This document shows, piece after piece, positions 1 through 11,570 of a DNA stretch of 64,000 nt; within the stretch, counting starts at the first letter, position 1; every line of letters starts with the position of its first letter. A model generated the notes under the pieces. The model saw only the letters and a list, made by a program, of their open reading frames with translations. It was not told the origin of the DNA and searched no databases. The DNA is from Felis catus (lineage: Eukaryota): the NCBI RefSeq assembly GCF_018350175.1, contig NC_058368.1:95234001-95298000 (forward strand), read 5' to 3'. The position numbers and the translations under genes were made by a program.

Positions 1-51
1 AAAACCAAAGATTGTCTAAGTAGCCGGATCACTATGAAGAATATTCCATCC

Positions 52-269
52 GGGAGGCACCTGAGTGGTTCAGTCAGTTAAGTGTCCGACTTTGGCTCAG
101 TTCATGATCTCATGGTTCATGGGTTCAAGCCCCGTGTCGGGTTCTGTGCTGACAGCTCGGAGCCTGGAGTCTGCTTCGGATTCTGTGTCTCCCTCTTTCT
201 GCCCTTCCCCTGCTCACACTCTGTCTCTCTGTCAAAAATAAATAAACATTAAAAAAAAAAAAAAAAAAA
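52..269 (+). mobile_element. Can-SINE (SINEC_Fc-type), full length
   Basis: tRNA-derived head (GGCACCTGAGTGGTTCAGTC), CT tract, AATAAA and A tail; TSD AAGAATATTCCATCC at 37-51 and 268-282. Confidence 0.95.
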
Positions 270-282
270 GAATATTCCATCC

Positions 283-391
283 GGGCACCTGGCTGGCTCA
301 GTAGTAGAGCACGTGACTCTTGATCTCAGAGTTGTGAGTTTGAGCCCTACGCTGGGTGTAGAGATAACTTTAAAAAAAAAAAAAAAAAAAA
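283..391 (+). mobile_element. Short Can-SINE (no CT tract)
   Basis: GGGCACCTGGCTGGCTCAGT head, GGTGTAGAGAT end, poly-A. Confidence 0.9.
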
Positions 392-569
392 GACTTCCAT
401 CAAACAACCCGGTAAAAGAAAAAGCAGGTTCAACTAGCATTTCATTGTTACCTTGACATCTTTATGTAGCAATTGTGTCACTGGTTACCTATCTCGGCAG
501 TTTAAACACCTGTGCAAGTTTGCTAAATCTTTTTCCTAGTTGCTCTTCAGAGACAGGCTTGTAGGAATT

Positions 570-600
570 TGTGTGTTGCGTGTGTGTGTGTGTGTGTGTG
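570..600. repeat. (TG)n microsatellite
   Basis: Imperfect TG run seen directly. Confidence 0.9.
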
Positions 601-1459
601 TTCCCTCCTCTGTTTGTTTCTCTTCTGCAGTCTTTTGTGTTTGTACATAGACTAGTAGATGTGTCTTCTGAGATTCTTAAATTCTTCCATTAGCACATTT
701 CATCCATTCTCTGGCCTCTGTTGACAAGTTAGGAAAGGCACAATGTAAGCAGCAGAGCTATTTCTTGTTCTATAAATAGAGACCATTAATAAGTTTAATT
801 TGGGGCAAAAATAAAGAGGAAAAACTGTACAAAAGAAAATAGCTTTTCCTGGTAGTTGAGTATCACATATGTGATTAGATGTTCTTTTCAAATATCAAAC
901 AATGGACATCAGCTATCTAGACACCCATTTTGGATTTTTTTGTTTTAAGAAAACAGTTGTGCTCTATGATTCTATTTCTTGTGCTTTTCCATTAGTGACT
1001 CATCTTATTCCTTATGTGCTTGGTATGATGAATACAGTTCTACACCTTACATTTCTAAACACTCATTTGTATCGTGCGGTACTTTCTATGTTTCAAAGCC
1101 TTTTCATCCCAATCCTCTGCCTTGCTTGAACTTTTCTGTGACATCGGCAAGCCAGCTGCTGCTTTCCAAATCAGGAAACTGAGGCTTGGAGAAAATAAGT
1201 GACTTGCTCAGCAGCCTAGCTCGGTCGGAGACCCTGGCGTTCTACCTCCTGATGTTTTTGGCTTTTTATTACGCCAGTCTCACGGCATGTTTGCTTCCAT
1301 TTGAAGCCTTACCACAATTTTTGAAAATCAGACTTCAATTTCAGTATGACGTTGGCAGGATGATCTTAAAATTTCATTTCTTTATACACATTGAAGAATT
1401 GAAGATTGTACTTTCTTTAATTTCACTCTCAATATCGTATGCAATAATTTGTTTGAAAG

Positions 1460-1590
1460 TATGTGTTGGCAATGGATGTTAACTAGACTGACCGTGGAGA
1501 TTATTTTGCAGTACAAAGATTGAATCATTATGTTGTCCACCTGAGACTAATACTATGTTACATGTCAATTATATCTCAGTTAAAAAAATA
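1460..1590 (+). mobile_element. L1 3' end fragment
   Basis: GATGTTAACTAGACT...GAATCATTATGTTGTCCACCTGAGACTAATACTATGTTACATGTCAATTATATCTC plus A run resembles the L1MA/carnivore L1 3' terminus. Confidence 0.85.
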
Positions 1591-1714
1591 CGTATTGTAT
1601 TTTCGATATTGAGTGAGGCATTGTTCTAGCTTCTGGATACAACAAGCAAAAAAGGACAGGATCTGGACTCTTTTGGAATCCACAATCCAAATGTAGAGAT
1701 TTTTTTCAGTTTTC

Positions 1715-1942
1715 TTTTTTTTTTTAAATTTTTTTTCAATGTTTTTTATTTATTTTTGGGACAGAGAGAGACAGAGCATGAACGGGGGAGGGGCAGAGAG
1801 AGAGGGAGACACAGAATCGGAAACAGGCTCCAGGCTCTGAGCCATCAGCCCAGAGCCTGACGCGGGGCTCGAACTCACAGACCGCGAGATGGTGACCTGG
1901 CTGAAGTTGGACGCTTAACCGACTGTGCCACCCAGGTGCCCC
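1715..1942 (-). mobile_element. Can-SINE
   Basis: Reverse-complement SINE; TSD TTTTCAGTTTTC. Confidence 0.95.
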
Positions 1943-2329
1943 TTTTCAGTTTTCAGTGTAGGGTGAATTACCAAATGTTAACCTTCTGACATTGGTTATA
2001 GGGAGAAGCCTTGGTGAGCAGCCTTAGTGGGGAGATTCATTTGTACTATATGCTTGAGGTCATTGAGTTGACTGGGTCAGTGGTTTGGGTGAATCCCTTT
2101 CATCAATTTTCTAAAATAGTATACAATTGTAGTGATTGGAACATGGCACCATTGATCATCTTTAAAATTGATTGGGGTTGCTCATCGTAAAAGGCATGGA
2201 TGGTATCACTCTTAAAAAGCGTGAGGACCAGGATGTTGAAATGCTTTAAAGAAGCCATGTGAAAACCATTTCTGCTTAGGGATTTTGCAAAATCAAGATA
2301 GCATGCTTACAAAATACCATCTAACAATA

Positions 2330-2520
2330 CGTACTATTTATTGAGTGTCAGGTTTGTGATGGATGCTTTATGAGCACTGTGTTGGAGGAAGGCATTATCA
2401 TCATCATCTCCATTTTAAAATGGAGGGACCGAGCCTTGGAGAGAGATTACATAATTTATCTATGAAATGTCAGACTCGGAATTTGAGCCTTTGTGATCTA
2501 ATTCCTCAGCTTTTGCTCTA
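2330..2520 (-). mobile_element. MIR fragment
   Basis: ATTATCATCATCATCTCCATTTTAAAATGGAGGGACCGAGCCTTGGAGAG resembles the MIR core. Confidence 0.7.
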
Positions 2521-2700
2521 ACCTTGATGCAGAGAAAGGCACCTGAAGCCTCGCATTGTCAAGTAGATGAAGGTTAGTGATGGCTTGGTCTCCCTAAGAA
2601 ACTCAGAAAGGTTGAGAGCACTAGCTCTATCACTGCATCACAGAGAGTGATGTTTTTATGATGATAATACCAGTCCTTGGTCCAGCCAGTTCAGACAGCA

Positions 2701-3245
2701 CAGCTGAGCCTTGAGCAGCATGGGTCTGAACTACATGCGTCTACTTATACTTCTTGATTTTTTTTTCAAGAAACACAGGGCAGTACTATACGTATACAGT
2801 ATGATACAACTTTTTTTAATGTTTATTTTTTATTTTTGAGAGAGAGAAAGAAGGGGGGGGGCATCTGGAGCCAGCTCTGCACTGAGAATGGAGAGCCCGA
2901 TACGGGGCTCGAACTCACGAACAGCGAGATCATGACCTGAGCCAAAGTCAGCCGTTTAACCAACTGAGCCACCCAGGTACCCCTCCATATGCAGTATTAT
3001 AAATGTATTTTCTCTTCCTTATGATTTTCTTAATAATATTTTCTCCAGCTTACTTTATAGTAAGAATACAGTGTCAAATGCATATAACTAACAATTATTT
3101 GTTAATGAACTATGTTATTGGTAAAGCGTCCAGTCAATGGTAGGTTATTAGCAGTTAAGTGTTGGGGGAGTCCGGAGTTATATGTGGATTTGTGACCATG
3201 CAGGGGGTCAGTGCCCTAACACCTGCGTTGTTCAAGGATCAACTG
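2701..3245 (+). mobile_element. Tigger2a-like non-autonomous DNA transposon (TcMar-Tigger), interrupted by a SINE
   Basis: Terminal inverted repeats CAGCTGAGCCTTGAGCAGCA ... TGTTCAAGGATCAACTG followed by TA; internal GATTTTCTTAATAATATTTTCTCCAGCTTACTTTATAGTAAGAATACAG matches recalled consensus. Confidence 0.85.
2811..2983 (-). mobile_element. Can-SINE nested in Tigger2a
   Basis: Reverse SINE head and tail inside the Tigger element. Confidence 0.9.
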
Positions 3246-4479
3246 TATTTCAAAACATAGGTGTCCTCCATTGAAAAGCTCAGAACGCTGAAAAAAAGAA
3301 GTCCACATTTTGAAAGTCTTGTCTACTTAATTCACAAAAATCTGTGGTTGATAGGGCTGAAAACTGCAAACAACTCCTAATTGCATATAAATGTGGCCTT
3401 CCCTCTCGCTTTCATTTTGTAATTGACTCGTTAGCATTAGTGGCGTCCAACCTTGGGTGGGGGAGTGTTGTTATTTTTACCAACTTGTTAGCAATGCGTA
3501 AAATTCCGATTGGGCCTTTCCAGGCTTTCCCTCCGGAAGCTCACGAAAGACCTTACAAAAATCCTTCACAGCCTTCTTTCTCCATATCCCCTCAACCAAT
3601 CCATTGATTAAAACAATGACTATCTTGCTTTTTATGTAGAAGGATGGGCAAACCCGGTTTTGGTGAATTGTGTAAGGCGTCTTGTCTACATAATCTCGTT
3701 CATGTTTTTGGCCTTTACTATCTTCTGAACAAGGGGCTAATTGGCTTTCAATGATACATTGTCTAATAAATCCCTGTAAAAGGACACTTTTCATAGCTAC
3801 CCAGCCATGTTTCCAAAAGGCGTCATAAATCATGGAGAGAAAAGCTTGCTGCATTTGCAAGTCTTGAGCAAAAGTTCATTGTGGATCTTGTTCAAGGTGA
3901 ACTGGGCCAAAGACAAGTAAAAATTTGAAGGATTTAAATAACACAATTAACCGGCTTTATTATATTTCTCTATTTGAACCCAATAAAGAGGGAGTACATG
4001 TATGACCCTCTTCTGCTTATAAAGTGTGTGCAGAATTTAATTAAACACTTGGCCTGCAAAAGCTCTAACATTTTTTCTTAAACTAGAACACTTGGAGGAC
4101 ACATCCTGACCAAAAAGTCAAAATATTAGATTTCAGTGGTAAAACAAAATAATAAAAAACCACTCAGGACTTGGAAAAAAAAAAACAAAACAACTTTTCT
4201 AAATGACTCTTGAATCAAGAGGAAATAAAAAACCGAAATTACAAATGCGTTAGCAATTAATGCAAATGAGCTCCCTTCACTGAAAAATCTCCATGATGTG
4301 AATGGAGCTGCACTCAGCAAAATTCATGACTTCAGATGTTTTTTTATTTTAATACAAATGACTTGAACACTTAGAAAACTAGAAAAGGAGAAACAAACCA
4401 CAAGTGAAAGCAAGAGAGCAAGAAATTAATAAATGTGAGGCAGAAATTGCTATATTTAAAAAAAAAAAAAACAAACCTT

Positions 4480-4707
4480 GGGGTGCCTGGGTGGCTCAGT
4501 CTATTGAGCGTCCAACTTCAGCTCAGGTCATGATCTCTGGTTTGTGAGTTCGAGCCCCGCGTCGGGCTCTGTGCTGACAGCTCAGAGCCTGGGCCCTGCT
4601 TCAGATTCTTTGTCTCCCTCTCTCTCTCTGCCCCTCCCCTGCTCACACTCTGTCTCTGTCTCTCTCTCAAAAAAAAAAAAAAATAAACATTAAAATAAAA
4701 TTAAAAA
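4480..4707 (+). mobile_element. Can-SINE
   Basis: Full head, CT tract, tail; TSD AAAAACAAACCT. Confidence 0.95.
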
Positions 4708-4806
4708 ACAAACCTACCACCCAAACCAACAAATACACTGGACTTAATCCGAAAAACCGGACCTTTTTGTTTTTTGTTTTTTGTTTTATAAAGATGCATA
4801 ATATAT

Positions 4807-5008
4807 AGGCTTCCCAGATAAAATACTGTACACTCAGTCAAATTAGAATTTACGAAAAACAGCAGATAATCTAGGATAACAATCTAAGGGATATTTCCAA
4901 TAATGTCTCAAATATATGGGACGCACTTAAATTATTATTTATTGTTTACTGGGAATTCAGATTTCACTGTGGGTCCTCTCTTGCTCTTTGCTCCATGTGG
5001 CGATGTTA
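4807..5008. mobile_element. MER53-like hAT MITE
   Basis: GGCTTCCCAGATAAAATACTGTACACTCAGTCAAATTAGAATTT ... GAATTCAGATTTCACTGTGGGTCC resembles recalled MER53 consensus. Confidence 0.7.
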
Positions 5009-5184
5009 CCAATGGAAGAGAGTAATTATTTAAGCCTGAGACTATAAATGAATTCGATCATTTTGTAAGAGAATCAAAATGACGCAAATTGCTTCGAGAG
5101 AGGTGGCCGAAACCAAAACTGAACAAAGAATTAAGTACTGCAGAAATGACAAAAGGTATCAACTATCTGTCCTCAAAAAGGCAT

Positions 5185-5670
5185 TGGGAATTCTACTTGC
5201 ATCCTCAGAGGAGTAACAATGACCAGATGTAACCTTCTGCAGTAAAACTGGACAAAGTCTACGGAACAACTATTTTTAGCTGTTGGAAGACCGGCAGCAC
5301 GCACCGCGATCCCTGAGACAAGGGAGCCGATGATGTAAGCCCTGTGATCTTGGCTTAACGCTTGGAGGAGATATTCGGACATAGGCATGGGGATAAGAAA
5401 ACCAAGAAAGACAAAGAACCCTTGCTTCCTTGTGGAGGATGGGGAGTGGCGTTTTGGGGCTGGGGGACTGAAAGGACCAGACGCTGTAATGCAGAGTTCC
5501 AGAATTGAAGGTCCAGCAGAGAAGCACAAGCTCCAAGACCAGCCTGGCCTTTTCTTAAGGTTTCTGCCAAGAGCGCATGAAGACAAACCCCACAAAGCCC
5601 AGCAAAGAATGATTGGGGAGTTACGTGCTCAGAGATTCCCAGAGTGCCAGGGAGCAACAGAAAGAGTGCC
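5185..5670 (+). mobile_element. L1 5'UTR-like fragment (L1MC/L1MD-type 5' end)
   Basis: TTCTACTTGCATCCTCAGAGGAGTAACAATGACCAGATGTAACCTTCTGC...AAAACTGGACAAAG...GATCCCTGAGACAAGGGAG resembles recalled old L1 5' ends. Confidence 0.6.
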
Positions 5671-5934
5671 CGAACTACAAGTAGTCTTACTTACTAGACT
5701 TACTGACTTGACCTCATGGTCAAGTGAGATTTATTCTAGACATTCCAGAATGCTTTAAATTATTTTAGCAAATAGAGTGTGATCACATGGGATTTATTCG
5801 AGAAATACAAGGATAGTACATTAGTAACTCCATCAGATAAGCATGCATTCTTTGCAGAAGCTCAAAAACAAATAGGAAGAAATGGCAAACTCCTAAATGT
5901 GAAAAAAAAAAAAAAAGTGGGGTTGGGGGGGGAG

Positions 5935-6047
5935 GGGAACACCTGGCTGGCTGGGTCAGTGAAGTGTGCTACTCTTGATCTGGAGGTTGTGAGTTCAAGA
6001 CCCGTGTGGGGTGAAGAGATCACTTAAAAATAAAATCTTAAAAAAAA
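5935..6047 (+). mobile_element. Short Can-SINE
   Basis: ACACCTGGCTGGCTGGGTCAG head; GAGATCACTTAAAAATAAAATCTT end. Confidence 0.9.
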
Positions 6048-6231
6048 CCAACAGTATTAGACATAAATAGCAACTGTCACATTAAATACTAAATGTATTG
6101 TCTTTAAATTCAGGGCGGGGGAAATGGCATTTGTCATTTTTTCCCCTCATTTCCCCCCTCCCTCCGAATTTTGGAAGATTCTAATTAATGCAGTATGAAA
6201 AGTATTAACGCAGTATTAGAAAAGACACCGT

Positions 6232-6450
6232 GGGGCACCTGGGTGGCTCAGCTGGTTAAGCATCTGACTTCGGCTCAGGTCATGATCTTGCGATTTGTGG
6301 GTTCGAGCCCTGCGTTGGGCTCTGTGCTGACGGCTCAGAGCCTGGAGCCTGCTTCACATTCTGTGTCTCCCTCTCTGTCTGCCCCTCCCCTGCTCACACT
6401 CTCTCTCAAAAATAAATAAACATTAACAAAAATCTTAAAAAAAAAAAAAA
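6232..6450 (+). mobile_element. Can-SINE
   Basis: Full element; TSD AAAAGACAC. Confidence 0.95.
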
Positions 6451-7394
6451 AGACACAGTTACCATTCATTATATGCAGAAAACATGACCCTATGCCTAGA
6501 AAGTCAAATGGACCTCAGTAAAGTAGAATCCATACCAATCATAAAGTTCACCAAGGTGTTTGGAAGCAAGGTGAATATACAGAGGTAGTTTAATTCTACC
6601 ACAACAAATGGTTAATTGACATTAACTTTTTTTTTTTAAATATGAGCTTTTAAAGTCTCATTAATGATAGCAACAGCAACTGTGGAAAGTCTCAGACTAG
6701 AGGTACTAAGGAATGTCATTCTTCATGAAGTCAGAAGTGGCATTTTGCCCAAAGAGATTTACAACTGAATAAATGCAGCATTCAGGATGGCATCTTTCTT
6801 AAACTCTTATTGCCAATCTTTTGAAACTTCTATAATATTTTGTAATGCAGTTTTGATGGAAAGTCAGTGGAAGGGGACTTGGCCAATTTTTTTTTAAACA
6901 TTATTTGAAAGACTGTATGTGGAAGTTAGTTTAAACATTTGCAAAACATTTCAAAAGATTACTCAAACAATTTTTTAAAGTGATATTATTGCAGAGAGAC
7001 TTGCCTTCCTAGGAAGTAAGGAATTCTAAAATAATATAATTAAAGCATTGTGGCCCAGGTGCGTGATGGATAAATGAACCAATGAAACACTAAAGAGGAT
7101 CCACTGAGATCTAGAAGAAAAAAAAAAGATCGCATTTGAAATCTGTGGAGCAGGAATGTATTTTGTAATAAATGACGTTAGGATAATTGGATTTCCGTTT
7201 GAAAATAAAAAGTTAAATATCTACTTGTACCAAATATATAAATAAATTCCATTGGGTTAAAGATCTGAACGAAAAAGAACAGAACAATGAAAATACTAAA
7301 GACAATATTTTCAGGTAACTAAAGTCTTTTAAGTATGATACACAACACATAAATCATAAAGAAGAAGATTAAGATACATGACTAGATGAAATTT

Positions 7395-7603
7395 TATTTA
7401 GTTAGTTATTATTTTTTAAAATGTTTTATTTATTTTTGAGAGAGAGCCTGAGCAGAGGAGGGGCAGAGACAGAGAGACAGAGGATCCGAAGCTGGCTCCG
7501 TGCTGAGAGCAGAAAGCTCCGACATGGGCTTGAGCCCATGAATGCAAGATCACGACCTGAGCCCAAGTCAGGTGCTTAACTGACTGAGCGCCCCAGGTGC
7601 CCC
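7395..7603 (-). mobile_element. Can-SINE
   Basis: Reverse element; flanking AAGATACAT repeat. Confidence 0.9.
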
Positions 7604-7727
7604 AAGATACATACTATATATAATTTTAAAAGCATGATATGGCAAAAAAAAAATCCACACAACAAATAACATTAATGAATAAATGATGGATCAAGGAGTA
7701 ATCTATATGTATGATAACTCTATATAA

Positions 7728-7732
7728 GTGTG

Positions 7733-7776
<44 letters not shown>
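7728..7776. repeat. (TG)n/(TA)n microsatellite
   Basis: Seen directly. Confidence 0.95.
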
Positions 7777-7779
<3 letters not shown>

Positions 7780-8055
7780 GCATATCAGTGATATATAAAA
7801 AGTTTTTACATATCAGTGAAGTGAAGACAATACCCAATTGAAAACTACACAAAACCTATCAACAAGTGATTTGGAAGAGTAAATTCAGATGATCAAAAAA
7901 CAGATGAGAATATTCTAAACCTTGCTAATAGTGTTGAGATTTGAATTCAAATGATATATGATTTTTCATGTTTTATCTATTATATTTATAATCATTTCAT
8001 CACTGATAATACTTAAGGGTGGTGGGGTTATAGGAAAATGAGAATTTCCATGTAC

Positions 8056-8262
8056 TTTTTTTTTTTTAATGTTTATTTATTATTGAGACACAGAGTGTGA
8101 GCAGCGGAGGGGTAGGGAGAGGAGGAGACACAGAATCCGAAGCAGGCTCCAGGCTCCGAGCTGTCAGCACAGAGCCCGACGCAGGGCTCGAACTCAGAAA
8201 CTGCGAGATCATGACCTGAGCTGAAGTCGGTCACCCAACCGACTGAGCCACCCAGGCGCCCC
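8056..8262 (-). mobile_element. Can-SINE
   Basis: Reverse element; TSD TCCATGTACTT. Confidence 0.95.
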
Positions 8263-8689
8263 TCCATGTACTTCTGTGCGTATAAACTACTACATTTTGG
8301 AAAGCAATTTGATAGTATTCATCACATTTAAAAATATTTCTATTTTTTGATAGAAAAACACTACTTCAAGGATTATGTTGAAGCTTTACTGAGAAGTTGC
8401 AAGGGCCAACTGGATGCTTCAGACACCTTTCCTATTCTTGGACTTGAAGTCTACGTACCCCAGGATCCATCTACTGGGTGGATCCCCTTCCAGTTTTTGT
8501 TTTTTTATGGGTCAGATGACTACCCTACATCCCTTTAGATGATTCTATAACTCCGTGGTCCCTAGAATGTTTTGCTTTAGTAAAATGTTTTCCTCTTACC
8601 TGTTATTATTCCCTTGTATATGGTTTCTTAAAACAAAACCCTCTACTGTCTACGCCTAAAGATGTTTCTAGCGTTAAAAACTAAGCCCC

Positions 8690-8904
8690 AGGGGAGGCAC
8701 CTGGGCGACTCATTCAGTTGAGCGTCTGACCTCAGCTCAGGTCTTGATCTCACAGTTCGTGAATCGAGTCCCACATCTAGCTCTGTGCTGACAGCTCAGG
8801 GCCTGGAGCCTGCGACGGATCCTGTGTCTCCCTCCCTCTGTCTGCCCCTTCCCTGCTCATGCTCTGTCTCTGTGTCTCAAAGATGAATAGACGTTAAAAA
8901 AAAA
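8690..8904 (+). mobile_element. Can-SINE
   Basis: Full element; its tail abuts an inverted SINE. Confidence 0.9.
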
Positions 8905-9073
8905 AATTTATTTATTTATTTTGGGAGAGAGAGAGAGGGGAGGGTGAGACAGAGAACGCGAGAGAGTATCCAAAGCAGGCTTTGTGCCGTCACGAACTCA
9001 CGAATCCTGAGATCATGACTTGAGCTGAAATCCAGAGGTGGACACTTACCTGACTGAGCCACCCAGGCGCCCC
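8905..9073 (-). mobile_element. Can-SINE, internally deleted
   Basis: Reverse element lacking ~20 nt of the middle. Confidence 0.9.
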
Positions 9074-9116
9074 TTCTGGTTATCATTAACCCCCTGGTCT
9101 GAATATATGTAACCAT

Positions 9117-9290
9117 TGTATTTCACATGTTTTAAAATGCAGAATTTTTTTCTTCATTTAGCACCCTCAGAACCATGACACAGGTTAAAATCGGTGGCGT
9201 ATTGCAATTGGCAACGTTTTTTCCTTCTTAGGACATAAGGTAATAGTGCATCTTATAACCAATGATATTTTAGTTTCAGTAAAATTCACT
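9117..9290. mobile_element. MER104-like (TcMar-Tc2) MITE
   Basis: TGTATTTCA...TTTTCCTTCTTAGGACATAAGGTAATAGTGCATCTTATAACCAATGATATTTTAGTTTCAGTAAAAT resembles recalled consensus. Confidence 0.6.
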
Positions 9291-9297
9291 TGTTATA

Positions 9298-9497
9298 GGG
9301 GAGCCTGGGGGGCTCACTCGGCTAAGCGTCCGACTTGGGCTCAGGTCATGATCTCGCAGTTTGTGGGTTCGAGCCCTGTGTCGGGCTCTGTGAGCCCGGA
9401 GCCTGCTTCGGATTTTGTGTCTCCCACTCTCTCTGCTCCTCCCCCGCTCATGCTCTCTCTTTCAAAAATAAATAAACATTAAAAAAATTAAAAAAAA
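9298..9497 (+). mobile_element. Can-SINE
   Basis: TSD AAAATTCACTTGTTATAG. Confidence 0.95.
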
Positions 9498-9784
9498 TTC
9501 ACTTGTTATAGTTTAATGAAACTATCAATCCAGTGTTATTTTGCTAACGAGATCCGTCACGCGGAGCTACATTAGAAAGCTCTCTATTATGGTTACTTCT
9601 TTATTATTCATTATTAGTATTAACTTCTCTTTCATCTGTTACCTCATCGTGTTTTAGGAGATTTTTCTTCGTCCAAAAGCTGGTTTTTACCAAGAATAGG
9701 TGTTTGCCACTTGAAAATCCACTTTGGGATTATTCATGATCCTGAGATGAAACTTAAGTTCAGGTCTTTGCTTGATTTAGCATT

Positions 9785-10028
9785 ATTTTATTTATTTATT
9801 TACTTATTTTTTAAGTTTAATTTTTTTTTAACGTTTATTTTTGAGACAGAGAGAGACAGAGCATGAACGGGGGAGGGTCAGAGAGAGAGGGAGACACAGA
9901 ATCTGAAACAGGCTCCAGGATCTGGGCTGTTAGCACAGAGCCCGACGCGGGGCTCGAACTCACGAGCCTTGACATCAAGACCCGAGTCAAAGTTGGGCGC
10001 TCAACCACCTGAGCCACCCAGGTGTCCC
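9785..10028 (-). mobile_element. Can-SINE
   Basis: Reverse element with (TATT)n tail. Confidence 0.95.
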
Positions 10029-10149
10029 GCCTTATTGTATTTAGATCGTGGCTTCATTTTCTCTCTTTCTCTTGTTCCTCCCAACTGTTAACTCCCTTCC
10101 TCTGGAAAGATTGCTGGGAACTCAGAGTCAGATAAAGTGTTTTGATATT

Positions 10150-10310
10150 GGCTAAGTCCAGGTTAGGCTACTTAGTAGCTAAGTAGAGTGGGCAGGTAAT
10201 TGAAATTTCCCGGCCTCAGTGTTCTCATTTGTAAAAGCCTGTCCGCTGCTGTGTTCTCGCGAACAGCAGCTAAGGTGATAATGCACGTGGATGTGCTTGC
10301 TAAACTCTAA
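10150..10310 (+). mobile_element. MIR fragment
   Basis: GGGCAGGTAATTGAAATTTCCCGGCCTCAGTGTTCTCATTTGTAAAA. Confidence 0.7.
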
Positions 10311-10839
10311 AACTACGAAATTTCGGGGGATTAATAGTCTCAGAGGGCACCTTCCATAATAGCTAGTTTTAACTACTTCCCTGAGCAATGACGCAAGGCA
10401 CCCCCACATAGCGAGTTAATCTGGGATGAGTTCTTGTATTCCTGCTGTAGCTCATTATTGTGTCTTCTCATGCCTGATGGTACCTGCTTTCGTGTTCAGA
10501 TAGCCTTAAGAAAAGTGGAGTTACATCAAGGTTATATCACGAGCCTCTGAGAAATTCAGGGGAAATTTACCTCCTTCATAAACCAGGTTGCTTTATCTTC
10601 AACAGATCGATAGTTTCCCCTGCATGCAGCATTCACTCTATGCATATTTCTCAAGTGCACATTCTGCTTCTGTAATCTCGTCATCTATCTGCAACCACAG
10701 GATCAAGTACAAATTGCTAACCAACGCAGGGCTCTGTTCACTACAATATGCTGTGAACAATGGAACTGTACGTCGGGAAGAGACTTGAAGTGCATCCCTT
10801 TGCCCTAACGGGTAATCACATGCGACACATCTAAGACAA

Positions 10840-11290
10840 ATGATAATTTAGTCTATTCTTAAAGACCTCCCGAGGTGATTTTCCAACCCCTCTGAGGAAC
10901 ACATTCCAATATTTAGCCAATGTTGCTGCCTCTAAATCCTTCTTTGTGCCTCAGTGAGATTTCTTATGCCACAGAGTGACTGTTTTCTTACTGTTGGTTC
11001 ACCTCAGCGAGAGGAGGTATGACTGACGACATACCTACTATTTGAGCCTGTCACCAGCTTTCTACAACTGCGTTCGTAAAGAGCTCCTTGCCTACGAGGT
11101 GACGCCAAACTCCTCAGCTTGCCATATAAGACCGGTCAGAATCTGCCACTGGTTGTATTTAGAGCATCTATTCCCGACATGTCCCTTCATTTGTTAGTGA
11201 CTTTGCCAGAGTTCTTTCTGAATCCAAGAATTCCACGCTCTTTAATGTCTCTTGGTTTTGCACGTCGCACAATGTCTTGGAATATCTCTC
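10840..11290 (-). mobile_element. CR1/L3 LINE fragment
   Basis: GTCTATTCTTAAAGACCTCCCGAGGTGATTTTCCAACCCCTCTGAGGAACACATTCCAATATTT resembles recalled L3 3' region. Confidence 0.55.
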
Positions 11291-11309
11291 CTTCTTCTTT
11301 TCCTCATTG

Positions 11310-11570
11310 ACTTTTACTTTTATTTCAACATTCGGCTCAAATATTACCTCTTCTGAGAAGACTTCCCTCAGCCTCCAGAGCAGGCGGTGACATTTGCCGT
11401 CTTGCCAAACTTTTACAGTCTTTGATGATTTCAGATGATGTTGCTTCTTGATTGCACGCTGTTCCTCACTTCTCACTAGACTGTGAGGATTGAAGGCTGG
11501 GGATGAGCCATCTTCACGTAGTCTTTGTGCACAATAGCTGACATATAGTAGGTGATCAATAAATGAATGG
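11310..11570 (+). mobile_element. L2 3' fragment
   Basis: CTCAAATATTACCTCTTCTGAGAAGACTTCCCT...CTAGACTGTGAG...CATATAGTAGGTGATCAATAAATGAATG. Confidence 0.75.

Larger units (their letters stand above)
3890..8340 (+). mobile_element. Decayed ancient L1 (ORF2-derived), split by later insertions
   Basis: A-rich + strand with ORF2 remnants: GATTTAAATAACACAATTAAC (DLNNTIN), CTAAATGACTCTTGAATCAAGAGGAAATAAAA, CATGGTCAAGTGAGATTTATTC, CATTATATGCAGAAAACATGACC (YADDM-like RT region); many stops and frameshifts. Confidence 0.8.

Noticed and set aside
3890..8340. Functional L1 ORF2 or domesticated reverse transcriptase
   Set aside because: Heavily decayed, no long ORF, multiple nested insertions
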